From NCBI GenBank assembly GCA_042577285.1, contig JBHPDM010000005.1:1-47952 (forward strand): DNA of 47,952 nucleotides, written 5' to 3'. Below, piece after piece: positions 36,841 through 46,893 of the stretch; within the stretch, counting starts at the first letter, position 1, and the number at the start of each line of letters is the position of its first letter. Both the position numbers and the translations under genes were made by a program. Below the pieces are notes generated by a model that searched no databases, was not told where the DNA came from, and was given only the letters and a program-made list of their open reading frames with translations. This stretch comes from Candidatus Omnitrophota bacterium. Its GTDB lineage: Bacteria > Omnitrophota > Gorgyraeia > Gygaellales > Profunditerraquicolaceae.

Positions 36841-37941
36841 ATGAAGAGAGCCTCAAGGGTCATTTTAGCAGTATTTATAATAGCTGCCGGCGGCTTAGCG
36901 TTGTCTCCGCTGATTTCACTGGCGCTTCCTGAGAGGCTCACCAAGCATACCTATTATAGATTAGCCTATAATCTTATAGCAGATCAGGAGACCAGTGGCT
37001 GCGAGGGCGAGGAAGCAAAGGCAAGGAAGCTTTTTCAGTATGTGATCGACCATGAGTTTGTGCGCGGCCAACCACTTAAGGCTAAGCCCTTCGAGTCTTT
37101 GATCTATGCTCAAGGGTATTGTGATTTTCAGGCGCGCACCCTGAATGCGTTATTAGCTTCAGCCGGTATCAAGAGCCGTTATGCGATGCTTTTAGATGAA
37201 GACGGCATCTCGCCCCATACGCTTAACGAAGTCTTCCTGGATGGCAGATGGTGTGTTTTTGATCTGCTGATGAATATTGTTTTTGAAGACGGGCAGGGAA
37301 ATAAGCTTAGCCTAAAGCAGCTTTCCGATCACCCTGGCCTGATCCCTGCTCAGGCAAAGTTAGTTGCTCTAGAAAGTTATGACCGGGGGCAGTTTGAAAG
37401 ATTCAAGAATTGGTATTTCTCGATGCTTCCTATGCCTGCTCTTCCCAGAAGGTCAACTCCGCTTCTTCTGCAGTCGCATATCCTTGACCGCATAAGCGAT
37501 GCCTATTTCAGGATATTGAAACGCAGATTCTTTGATTTCTATCAAGATCTCTACTTGAGATTAAAAAATAATTTTCCGCAGGAAGACTTGCGCTTTTTCA
37601 TTAAAGCCAGGAATTACCACCTTGCTTATAGATATGATCTGGCTTTAAGTTCTTACAATGCCTTGATCAAGGGGTTCCCGGAGAGTAAATATGCCGTAGA
37701 TGCTCGTTTTTTTCTTGGAGTGCTTTATTTTGATACCGGCCTTTTTAGTAAATCAGCTGTTTTTTTCAGGGATTTGATCAAAGGATATCCGCAGCAATGG
37801 GGTTCGGCCGGTTACTATTACCTCGCCAAGGTCTATGCGGCGATGGGTAAAGAAGAGGAAAGCCTTAAGGCATATTCTAACGCAGATATATATGAGCTCT
37901 CGGCTCAAACGATCGGTCAACTGACAAACAAAGGAGACTAA
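36841..37941 (+). CDS. Membrane-anchored transglutaminase-like domain protein with C-terminal TPR repeats
   Basis: N-terminal TM; GYCDFQA (Cys), GIKSR, HTLNEV (His), W.VFD (Asp); TPR-like YNALIKGFPESKYAVDARFFLG and YYYLAKVY. Confidence 0.78.
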   Translation: MKRASRVILAVFIIAAGGLALSPLISLALPERLTKHTYYRLAYNLIADQETSGCEGEEAKARKLFQYVIDHEFVRGQPLKAKPFESLIYAQGYCDFQARTLNALLASAGIKSRYAMLLDEDGISPHTLNEVFLDGRWCVFDLLMNIVFEDGQGNKLSLKQLSDHPGLIPAQAKLVALESYDRGQFERFKNWYFSMLPMPALPRRSTPLLLQSHILDRISDAYFRILKRRFFDFYQDLYLRLKNNFPQEDLRFFIKARNYHLAYRYDLALSSYNALIKGFPESKYAVDARFFLGVLYFDTGLFSKSAVFFRDLIKGYPQQWGSAGYYYLAKVYAAMGKEEESLKAYSNADIYELSAQTIGQLTNKGD

Positions 37942-37942
37942 G

Positions 37943-38986
37943 ATGAGGATTTTGATCACCGGAGGCGCAGGGATGGTAGGAAGCCACAGCGCTGAATTTT
38001 TCGCCAAAAAAGACCCGAAGAATAAAATCATCGTCCTGGATAACCTGATGCGTTCGAAGATCTTCGGCTACGACAAGGATTCGGTGGAGTTTAACTGGAA
38101 CTACCTAAAAGGATTCAGGAATATCGAGCGGATCAAGGGGGATGTGCGCAATGAAAAGGACGTAAAGAAGGCTATCGGTAAAGGTGTGGATGTAGTGATC
38201 CACACCGCCGGCCAACCGGGAGTCCCATCAAGTGTGCGCATGCCGGTCGAAGACTTCAGCATAAACGCCCTCGGCACTTTAAATGTGCTTGAGGCAGCGC
38301 GGAAAAGATCAAAGAATACGGTGTTCATCTATTGCTCGACGAATAAGGTCTACGGAGAGAACGTCGATAGGATACCATTAGCGGAAAAGGATAAGAGGTA
38401 TACCTTCAGGGATATAGCAGGAGTCTCAGAATCCATGTCTACGGACCTCACCGGTCACACCCCATACGGGGTCTCAAAGCTCGTCGGCGATCTATATGTA
38501 CAGGAGTACAGCTATATATACAAGATGAAGACCGGGGTATTCAGGATGTCTTGTACCTATGGAACGCGGCAGTTTGGTTTTGAGGACCAGGGGTGGGTGG
38601 CCTGGTTTATTATCGCCGCACTCTTTAATAAGCCGGTGACGATCTACGGCAATGGTAAGCAGGTACGCGACATGCTTTATGCCGGTGACCTGGTGGAGGC
38701 CTTTAATAGTTTTATCGGCAGTGACCTGGACCGTGGGCTCTTTAATATCGGCGGCGGCCCGAGGAATACGATTTCTCTACTTGAATTCCTGGATGAATTA
38801 GAGGAGCTGACCGGAAAGAGGCTGAAAGTGAATTTTAGCGACTGGCGGCCATCCGACCAGAAGGTCTATATAACCGACACCTCTAAGGTAGAGAAGGCTT
38901 TAGGCTGGAAGATAAAGATCCCGGTCAAGGAGGGGATCAGGAAGTTGACGGAGTGGATAAAGAATAATGAAAGCTGTTTTACTTGA
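37943..38986 (+). CDS. CDP-paratose 2-epimerase (RfbE/Tyv)-like SDR with canonical motifs
   Basis: HTAGQPGV, STNKVYG, HTPYGVSK, RMSCTYGTRQFGFEDQGWVAWF, GKQVRDMLY, WRPSDQ. Confidence 0.85.
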   Translation: MRILITGGAGMVGSHSAEFFAKKDPKNKIIVLDNLMRSKIFGYDKDSVEFNWNYLKGFRNIERIKGDVRNEKDVKKAIGKGVDVVIHTAGQPGVPSSVRMPVEDFSINALGTLNVLEAARKRSKNTVFIYCSTNKVYGENVDRIPLAEKDKRYTFRDIAGVSESMSTDLTGHTPYGVSKLVGDLYVQEYSYIYKMKTGVFRMSCTYGTRQFGFEDQGWVAWFIIAALFNKPVTIYGNGKQVRDMLYAGDLVEAFNSFIGSDLDRGLFNIGGGPRNTISLLEFLDELEELTGKRLKVNFSDWRPSDQKVYITDTSKVEKALGWKIKIPVKEGIRKLTEWIKNNESCFT

Positions 38987-39509
38987 TCGCGACGGCGTAA
39001 TTAATAAGTATCCCGGGGATACCAAATATGTCACCTCTTGGGAAGAATTTGTATTCTTGCCCGGCGCCAAAGATGCGATCGCCGAAATGCACAGGAATAA
39101 GATAAAGGTGATTGTAGCCTCTAATCAGGCCGGAGTAAGCAAAGGGCTTTACACTCAAGAGACGCTTGATACTATAACCAGGAAGATGTCAGCCGAGGTC
39201 GAATCGGCAGGAGGCGCGATTGATGCGGTTTACTACTGCACCCACCGTAACGAGGATCACTGCTCATGCAGAAAGCCTAAGCCCGGCCTTTTAATTACTG
39301 CCGCAAAAGAGCACGCATTCGATTTGGCTGAGACTTTTTTTGTGGGTGACACTATCCGCGACGTAAAGACCGCTAGAGCTGCCGGCTGTAAGTCGGTCCT
39401 CGTGCTCTCAGGCAAGGAGAAGGAAGAGAACAAAAAAGACTGGCAGGAGAAGCCGGACCTGGTCTTTAACAATCTTGACCAAGCAGTAAAGCATATCCTC
39501 AAGCAATAA
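38967..39509 (+). CDS. gmhB: D-glycero-D-manno-heptose-1,7-bisphosphate phosphatase
   Basis: DRDGVIN, SNQAG, CTH...CSCRKPKPG, VGD..RD. Confidence 0.92.
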   Translation: MKAVLLDRDGVINKYPGDTKYVTSWEEFVFLPGAKDAIAEMHRNKIKVIVASNQAGVSKGLYTQETLDTITRKMSAEVESAGGAIDAVYYCTHRNEDHCSCRKPKPGLLITAAKEHAFDLAETFFVGDTIRDVKTARAAGCKSVLVLSGKEKEENKKDWQEKPDLVFNNLDQAVKHILKQ

Positions 39510-39520
39510 TCTATCGGCCA

Positions 39521-40636
39521 ATGAAGATATTTATTCTTTATGCCTCAGCCGGCGCCGGGCACCGCAGGGCGGCTGAGGCTATATACGATTATTTCGGGTC
39601 CCAGGATCCGGACCTCCAACTGAAGCTGGTGGATTCCCTTGAATTCGCGCATCCGATATTCCGCATAGGGTATGCTAGCGGTTATTCGTTTCTGGTGAGT
39701 CACCTTCCGCACCTATGGTCGCTCTTTTTCAAGTTTACCTGCCTGCATCTTCCCCGCAGCTTCGTCGAGTCGGTCCGCTCTATCGTAAACAGGATGAGCG
39801 CTCAATGCCTGATCAGGCTCTTGATCCGGGAGAATCCCGACTGCATAATCTCGACGCATTTTCTTCCCTCTAAAGTAGCGGCCTATCTTAAAAGAAAGTC
39901 CCTGATCAGATCTAAGCTTTTCACGGTGATCACCGATTACATATTGCATCCCTTTTGGCTGGCTGAAGGCACTGATACCTATATCGTGCCCTGCAGCTTG
40001 ACAAAAGATGAGCTGCGGCTTGCCGGAGTAAAGAACGAAATGGTCAAGGATATCGGTATCCCGATCGACATCAAGTTCTCTAAGCAATACCAGAAGGATG
40101 AGGTACGCGCAAGGCTGGGATTAAAAAAGAAGAAGTTCAGCGTATTGATCTCTACTAGTGCCTTTGGTATCGGACCGATAGAGAAGTTAGTCGAAGCCCT
40201 GCACAGGGATGTTCAGCTAATGGTTGTCTGCGGGAGAAATACCCAGCTGTTCTCCAGGCTCGATGAGTTGGAGTACAGCAATGTCAGGCTGTTCACCTTT
40301 GTAGATAATATTGAGGAATTGATGGCAGCATCAGATCTCGTCATTACCAAGCCCGGAGGATTGACGATCTCGGAACTTCTCGCCATGGAGTTACCCCCTA
40401 TATTTGTTTCAGTGATCCCCGGCCAGGAGGAGGATAATCTAAGGGCGTTGAAGAATTACGGAGTAGGCATAAAAGAGAAGGATCCGCAGAGGGTAAGTAA
40501 TATCGTCTTAGAATACAGGTCCAGCCTTGAAAAATTAAACCGGGCAAAAGAGGATTTAAGCAGGATCAAGAAGCCCTTTGCCGTAAGAGAGCTGTATAAT
40601 GTTGTATGCCAAAGTAGTCCTAGGGCTTCCGGTTGA
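39521..40636 (+). CDS. MGDG synthase / UgtP-like diacylglycerol glycosyltransferase (GT28)
   Basis: GAGHRRAA, ISTHF, VITDY..HPFW, GIPI, VVCGRN, TKPGGLTISE, PGQEEDN. Confidence 0.9.
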   Translation: MKIFILYASAGAGHRRAAEAIYDYFGSQDPDLQLKLVDSLEFAHPIFRIGYASGYSFLVSHLPHLWSLFFKFTCLHLPRSFVESVRSIVNRMSAQCLIRLLIRENPDCIISTHFLPSKVAAYLKRKSLIRSKLFTVITDYILHPFWLAEGTDTYIVPCSLTKDELRLAGVKNEMVKDIGIPIDIKFSKQYQKDEVRARLGLKKKKFSVLISTSAFGIGPIEKLVEALHRDVQLMVVCGRNTQLFSRLDELEYSNVRLFTFVDNIEELMAASDLVITKPGGLTISELLAMELPPIFVSVIPGQEEDNLRALKNYGVGIKEKDPQRVSNIVLEYRSSLEKLNRAKEDLSRIKKPFAVRELYNVVCQSSPRASG

Positions 40637-42446
40637 TGGCCCCTTTGACTATATAGTCCCAAAAGAGCTTGTCAGCAAGATCAAGGCCGGCTCGCGGGTG
40701 AGGGTAAGTTTTGGCACCCGCAAGATCACAGGCTACGTTGTAGGCCTCTCCCCCAGAAGCAATATCAAAAAGTTAAAGCCAATATTAGATTTGATCGATG
40801 ATTCAGCGCTCCTTAATCAGCATTCGTTGGCGCTTGCCGGAGAGCTGTCGGATTATTATTGTTGCTCCTGGGGCGAGGCGATCGAGACTTCCCTGCCGGA
40901 AAGTTTACGCAGCGGTAGAAGGCCGGCCGCTCTTATGCCGAAAGAGGTTAAGGCTGTCCGTAAGGTAAACAAGCCCGATATTACTTTAGTGCATGACTCT
41001 GAAGGAAGCGCCAGGTGGGATATTTATCTGGCTGAGGCAGCCAGGACGCTGGGTAAAGGCAAGTCGGTCATAATCTTATTGCCGGATATCCCCTCAGCCA
41101 AAAGAGCCCAGGATCAGGTGAGCCGCTTTTTAGATGTTTCTGCTTCGATTCTTTACAGAAAACAACCCCGGGAATTGGATCAGTGGCTCAAGCTCAAAAA
41201 CGGCAAAAGGCAGGTAGTCGTCGGGACGCGTTCAGCAGTATTTGCTCCGGTCGATGACTTAGGCCTGATCATCGTCGACGAAGAAGAAGATAGCGTTTAC
41301 AAGCAGGAGCAGGTACCGCATTATCACGCCCGCGAGGTCTCATTTATGCGCGCGCGCATGGAAAATGCCAGGGTGATCTTAGGCAGCGGCTCTCCTTCGC
41401 TTGAGGCCTTTCAGTTATCTGATTCCGGAAAGATAAAATATCTAAAGCTGCCAAGGCATAAGAGTTTTCCTGAAGTCAAGACCTTTGATCAAAGAGCCGC
41501 AGGCTCTTCATTTAGGAAGAATCAAATCCTGCCCCGCTATCTCGAGGATGCGATCATCGCGACACTCGAGGCTAAGGGTAAAACGCTGCTTTTTGTAAAC
41601 CGTAGAGGTTTTGCCACTTTCAGCCATTGCCGTAACTGCGGTAGAGTGCTGGGCTGTCCGCGCTGTAATCTCAATCTAGTCTATCACTTTAAAGAGGGAC
41701 TGCTTCGCTGCCGTCGTTGTAATTATAAGGCTGAGCCTCCGGCGATCTGCCCGGATTGCAACTCCAGCTATATACGCTATAGCGGGGCGGGTGCGGAGAA
41801 GGTAGAGAGTGAATTAGTCAGGATCTTTCCGCAGGCGAGAGTCAGGAGACTGGAGAAAGCCAAAGATATCGGGTTTGAAGAAGGCGATATCTTTGTTTCA
41901 ACGCAGGCGATCTTTAAGCAAAAGGTCTGCGATTTCGACTTGATCGGCGTACTCTTTATCGATAATTCGCTGAACCGCCCGGATCTGCGGGCCTCAGAGA
42001 AGGTATTCCGCCTCTTAAGCGGACTTGTGAGGTTGACAGAGAAGAAACTACTGATCAATACTGGCCTTGCCGACCACCGCTGTTTCAGGGCGCTTAAGGA
42101 TAATGATCCAGAACTCTTCTACCGCGATGAACTTAAGGAGAGGAAAGATCTGGGATTTCCTCCCTACAGGCATATGGGGATGGTGAGATTACGCGGGAAG
42201 AACCAGGTGAGGGTAAAGCAGACATCAGGGGACCTCTATAAGAAGTTGCGCAAGGCCAGCCTCGGTAAGGAGGTGGAGGTTGTCTCCTGTAACCGGCAAG
42301 AGCCGGCAAAGCTGCGTTCAAATTACTACTGGCAGATACTTGTTTCCTCAGCCTCGGCTAAGGGGATGAGCAGATTCCTGAAAAATAACTTAAAAGATTT
42401 TCCTCATTCAGGTATAATAGTAACCGTTGATATAGACCCGGTTTAA
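40599..42446 (+). CDS. priA: Primosomal protein N' with degenerate helicase motifs
   Basis: 3'BD FDY..P, RVRVSFG; GTRSAVFAP, YKQE..P.YHARE, NRRGF, eight-Cys CRR, D.RASE, FPPY, DIDP. Confidence 0.92.
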   Translation: MLYAKVVLGLPVDGPFDYIVPKELVSKIKAGSRVRVSFGTRKITGYVVGLSPRSNIKKLKPILDLIDDSALLNQHSLALAGELSDYYCCSWGEAIETSLPESLRSGRRPAALMPKEVKAVRKVNKPDITLVHDSEGSARWDIYLAEAARTLGKGKSVIILLPDIPSAKRAQDQVSRFLDVSASILYRKQPRELDQWLKLKNGKRQVVVGTRSAVFAPVDDLGLIIVDEEEDSVYKQEQVPHYHAREVSFMRARMENARVILGSGSPSLEAFQLSDSGKIKYLKLPRHKSFPEVKTFDQRAAGSSFRKNQILPRYLEDAIIATLEAKGKTLLFVNRRGFATFSHCRNCGRVLGCPRCNLNLVYHFKEGLLRCRRCNYKAEPPAICPDCNSSYIRYSGAGAEKVESELVRIFPQARVRRLEKAKDIGFEEGDIFVSTQAIFKQKVCDFDLIGVLFIDNSLNRPDLRASEKVFRLLSGLVRLTEKKLLINTGLADHRCFRALKDNDPELFYRDELKERKDLGFPPYRHMGMVRLRGKNQVRVKQTSGDLYKKLRKASLGKEVEVVSCNRQEPAKLRSNYYWQILVSSASAKGMSRFLKNNLKDFPHSGIIVTVDIDPV

Positions 42447-42452
42447 AGAGAT

Positions 42453-43397
42453 ATGGATATAGTATTTTTCGGCAGTTCAGACTTTAGCATACCCTCCCTA
42501 AGGGCGCTTGCCTCATCAGGCAACAGATTGCTTTATCTTGTTACTCAGCCTGACCGCAAGAAAGGCCGCGGCCTGCAACTGGGCGCTACTATAGCCAAGC
42601 AGGCAGCCAATGATCTCGGGATCAAGGTCTACCAGGAGCAGGATATCAATGCCGGAAGATCGTTAGAATTCTTAAAAGGTCTGGGAGCAGACCTTTTTGT
42701 GGTGGTGGCCTTTGGACAGATATTATCAAAGGAGCTTTTGAATATCCCTAAGAAGCTCTGTGTGAATGCCCATGCCTCGCTGCTTCCTAAGTATCGTGGG
42801 GCAGCACCTGTAAACTGGGCGATTATCAAGGGAGAAGCCGAGAGCGGGGTTACGCTGATAAAGATGAGCCAGAAGATGGATGCAGGTCCGGTGATCATGC
42901 AGGAGAAAGTAAATATCAGCCTAGATGAAACCTCTCTTTGCCTGGAACAAAGATTAGCCGAGCTTTCAGCGAAGTTACTCTTGAAGTGTATCGATGCCAT
43001 CAAGCAAGATGACCTTACTTTCACTGCGCAGGATCAGGCGGAAGTGAGTTTTGCCTCAAAACTCAAAAAGCAGGATGGCTTGATCGATTGGAAGAGCTCT
43101 GCGCACAAGCTGCATGATCTTGTACGGGGGAGTCTCCCCTGGCCGGGCGCCTTTACCTATTATAACGGTAAACTCTTAAAGATATATAAGAGCAGCGTAT
43201 CTTTATCATCTAGTGCCGGCAATAACGCCGGAGCGGGTATGGTTCTTGAGGTTTCAGTTAATGGTATCACCGTGGCGACATCTAAAGGTGCCCTGCTGAT
43301 CAAAGAGGTGCAGCTAGCGGGCAAAAAGAGGATGGCAGCGCAGGAGTTTATTTCAGGGAGCAGGATCGCTGCCGGAGATCTGCTTGGCAAAAAATAG
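42453..43397 (+). CDS. fmt: Methionyl-tRNA formyltransferase
   Basis: VTQPDRKKGRG, VVAFGQIL, NAHASLLPKYRGAAP, MDAG, PWPGA. Confidence 0.97.
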   Translation: MDIVFFGSSDFSIPSLRALASSGNRLLYLVTQPDRKKGRGLQLGATIAKQAANDLGIKVYQEQDINAGRSLEFLKGLGADLFVVVAFGQILSKELLNIPKKLCVNAHASLLPKYRGAAPVNWAIIKGEAESGVTLIKMSQKMDAGPVIMQEKVNISLDETSLCLEQRLAELSAKLLLKCIDAIKQDDLTFTAQDQAEVSFASKLKKQDGLIDWKSSAHKLHDLVRGSLPWPGAFTYYNGKLLKIYKSSVSLSSSAGNNAGAGMVLEVSVNGITVATSKGALLIKEVQLAGKKRMAAQEFISGSRIAAGDLLGKK

Positions 43398-43425
43398 TTG
43401 CACAGCAGGGACTCTATGATATAAT
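43398..43425 (+). promoter_or_regulatory. Sigma70 promoter of the gap operon: TTGCAC-16bp-TATAAT with extended -10 TG
   Basis: TTGCAC 43398-43403, TG 43417-43418, TATAAT 43420-43425; AAAGGAGG SD before gap ATG. Confidence 0.7.
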
Positions 43426-43452
43426 TTAGCGACAAAAAACTAACAACTCTAA

Positions 43453-44487
<1,035 letters not shown>

Positions 44488-44502
44488 TAAAGGGGAATAT
44501 TT

Positions 44503-45684
44503 TTGGCTAAACTTACGGTAAAAGGGCTTGATCTTAAGGGGAAGAGCGTCCTGATGCGGGCGGATTTTAACGTGCCGCAGGATGAAAGCCTCAGGATCAC
44601 TGATGATCAGCGGATCAGGGCGACCCTGCCTACGATCAAGTATATACTTGATCAGGGTGCTGCCAGGTTGATACTGATCAGCCACCTGGGCAGGCCTAAG
44701 GGAAAGCGGGTTGATAAGTTCAGCCTTAAGCCGGTGGCAGAGCGTTTAGAGGAGCTTACAGGAGAAAGGGTAAGGTTTCTCGATGATTGCCTGGGGGATA
44801 TGGTCAAGGGTGAGGCTCAGAGCGCCAAGGAACGGTTGATCTTATTGGAGAACTTAAGGTTCCACGCCGAAGAAGAGGCAAATGATGCCGTGTTTGCTAA
44901 GGAGCTGGCTTCATTAGCAGATCTCTTTGTCAATGATGCCTTTGGCACTGCCCACCGCGCACATGCTTCCTGCGCAGGAGTGACAAAGCATCTTAGATCC
45001 GCAGCCGGTTTTCTTCTAGAGAAAGAGATCCAGTATCTGGGCAGCGCCATTAGTAACCCCCGGGCTCCGTTTATGATCATCTTAGGCGGAGCAAAGGTCT
45101 CGGATAAGATCGGAGTGATCAAAAATCTGCTTCCCAAGTGCGACGCGATCCTGATCGGCGGAGGGATGAGTTATACTTTTTTGAAAGCTCAAGGGAAACA
45201 GATCGGTAATTCCAAATTAGAGGCGGATAAAGTCGAACTGGCTAAGGGGTTGTTGGATAAGGCCAGAGAGCTTAAGAAAGAGATCCTCCTGCCGATCGAC
45301 CACCTGGTGGTAGATAAAATCGATGCCGATGCCAAGACTGAAGTCGTAGGCGAGGCGATTCCTGCGGGAAAGATCGCGGTTGATATCGGGCCGCAGACTT
45401 TAGAGTCGTTTAAAGATAAGCTAAAGACTGCCAAGACGATCGTCTGGAACGGGCCGCTGGGGATATTTGAGATCGAGCCTTTTAGTAAAGGAACGCAAGA
45501 GCTGGCTAAGTTCTTGGCAGGGCTTGATGCTGTCAAGATCATCGGGGGAGGGGATACAGCAGCTGCGGTCGCGAAATTTAAACTAGAGGATAAGATGACG
45601 CATATTTCAACCGGAGGAGGGGCAAGCCTGGAGTTTCTGGAGGGGAAGATCCTTCCGGGGATCGCCGCGCTTAGCGATAAATAA
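44503..45684 (+). CDS. pgk: Phosphoglycerate kinase
   Basis: TTG start; RADFNVP, SHLGRP, LLENLRF, NDAFGTAHRAHAS, GGAKVSDK, HISTGGGASLE. Confidence 0.98.
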   Translation: MAKLTVKGLDLKGKSVLMRADFNVPQDESLRITDDQRIRATLPTIKYILDQGAARLILISHLGRPKGKRVDKFSLKPVAERLEELTGERVRFLDDCLGDMVKGEAQSAKERLILLENLRFHAEEEANDAVFAKELASLADLFVNDAFGTAHRAHASCAGVTKHLRSAAGFLLEKEIQYLGSAISNPRAPFMIILGGAKVSDKIGVIKNLLPKCDAILIGGGMSYTFLKAQGKQIGNSKLEADKVELAKGLLDKARELKKEILLPIDHLVVDKIDADAKTEVVGEAIPAGKIAVDIGPQTLESFKDKLKTAKTIVWNGPLGIFEIEPFSKGTQELAKFLAGLDAVKIIGGGDTAAAVAKFKLEDKMTHISTGGGASLEFLEGKILPGIAALSDK

Positions 45685-45685
45685 C

Positions 45686-46456
45686 ATGAGAAGGATAATC
45701 ATCGCCGGAAACTGGAAGATGAATAAGAATATAGGAGAGGCGCTGGAGCTTGCCAACGGCCTTAAGAGGCAGCTTTATGATTTTAAAAGCGTCGATATCG
45801 TGATCTTCCCGGTATTCACTGCCTTAAGCGAGGTAGCTGAGGCGGTCACTGATTCAAATATCCAGCTGGGAGCGCAGGACGTTTATTGGAAGGATCAGGG
45901 TGCCTTTACCGGAGAGATCGCGCCTCTGATGCTCAAGGATGCCGGATGCAGGTTTGTGATCATCGGCCACTCAGAGCGCAGGCAGTTCTTCGGCGAGAGC
46001 AATGAAACAGTAAATATTAAGTTGAAGGCATCATTAAAAGCCGGACTTAAACCGATAGTCTGCGTCGGGGAGATGCTTGCCGACAGGGAGAGCGGCAATA
46101 CCTTTGCGGTTCTAGACGATCATATAAAGGGCGGCCTAAAGGACGTAAGTGCAGAGGATCTACAGGAGGTGACTATCGCCTATGAGCCGGTCTGGGCGAT
46201 TGGTACCGGCAAGACCGCCACAGCGGCGCAGGCCCAGGAGGCGCAAAAATACATTCGCGATCTGCTGATAAAGCTGTATAATAAGGAGTTAGCAACTCAA
46301 GTGAGGATCCAATACGGCGGGAGCGTCAAGCCTGAGAATACAAAGCAATTGATGGAGCAGCCGGATATTGACGGGGCCCTGGTGGGCGGAGCAAGCTTGA
46401 AAGTTGATTCATTTTCAGAGATAGTCAAGATAGCAAACGAGGTAAAAAAATGTTAG
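45686..46456 (+). CDS. tpiA: Triosephosphate isomerase
   Basis: AGNWKMN, GHSERR, AYEPVWAIGTG, YGGSVK, DGALVGGASL. Confidence 0.98.
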   Translation: MRRIIIAGNWKMNKNIGEALELANGLKRQLYDFKSVDIVIFPVFTALSEVAEAVTDSNIQLGAQDVYWKDQGAFTGEIAPLMLKDAGCRFVIIGHSERRQFFGESNETVNIKLKASLKAGLKPIVCVGEMLADRESGNTFAVLDDHIKGGLKDVSAEDLQEVTIAYEPVWAIGTGKTATAAQAQEAQKYIRDLLIKLYNKELATQVRIQYGGSVKPENTKQLMEQPDIDGALVGGASLKVDSFSEIVKIANEVKKC

Positions 46457-46827
46457 CAGTTATCCTTACGATACATGCGATCGTCTGCGCGTTACTGATC
46501 GTGTTTATCCTTATCCAGCGGGGCAGGGGAGGGGGTCTAGTTGAGAGCTTCTCCGGAGTCGAGTCGATGTTCGGTACCAAGACCAGCGCCCTGCTGACGC
46601 GCATGACTACGATCCTCTCAATAGTCTTCTTTTCTACCTGCCTTATCTTGGCGTTGATGGCGGCAAAACAGAGCAAGTCTTTGATGCGCAGCGTCACCCA
46701 GGAGCAAGAGACGACGGATGCAGTCCAGCAGGAAGCCATACCGGAAGCCGATATGCCATTGCCCGAAGCTCAGGAGGATCCCGGGGAGAGCGCGCCTGCG
46801 CCTTCGGAAGTACCAGAAACAGAATAG
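46450..46827 (+). CDS. secG: Preprotein translocase subunit SecG
   Basis: Two TM segments; LIQRGRGGGL...FSG...FG..LTRMT; canonical position after tpiA; acidic Pro-rich tail. Confidence 0.93.
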   Translation: MLAVILTIHAIVCALLIVFILIQRGRGGGLVESFSGVESMFGTKTSALLTRMTTILSIVFFSTCLILALMAAKQSKSLMRSVTQEQETTDAVQQEAIPEADMPLPEAQEDPGESAPAPSEVPETE

Positions 46828-46856
46828 TTGATGCTGAGGGTGTCACTTCAGGAGGG

Positions 46857-46890
46857 AGGACTATCGCGAGAAGGCGGTAGTCCTTTTTGT
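46857..46890 (+). terminator. Rho-independent terminator-like hairpin
   Basis: AGGACTATCGC-gagaag-GCGGTAGTCCT (11-bp stem, one G-U pair) followed by TTTTGT, downstream of secG. Confidence 0.7.
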
Positions 46891-46893
46891 TAG

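Noticed and set aside
42390-42452. Possible internal fmt promoter (TTAAAA-17-TATAAT) in the priA 3' end, and absence of def between priA and fmt
   Set aside because: The hexamer lies in coding sequence with a weak -35; def is commonly located elsewhere.
46828-46893. tRNA-Leu often found after secG
   Set aside because: Only 66 nt, with no cloverleaf, TTC loop or CCA end.
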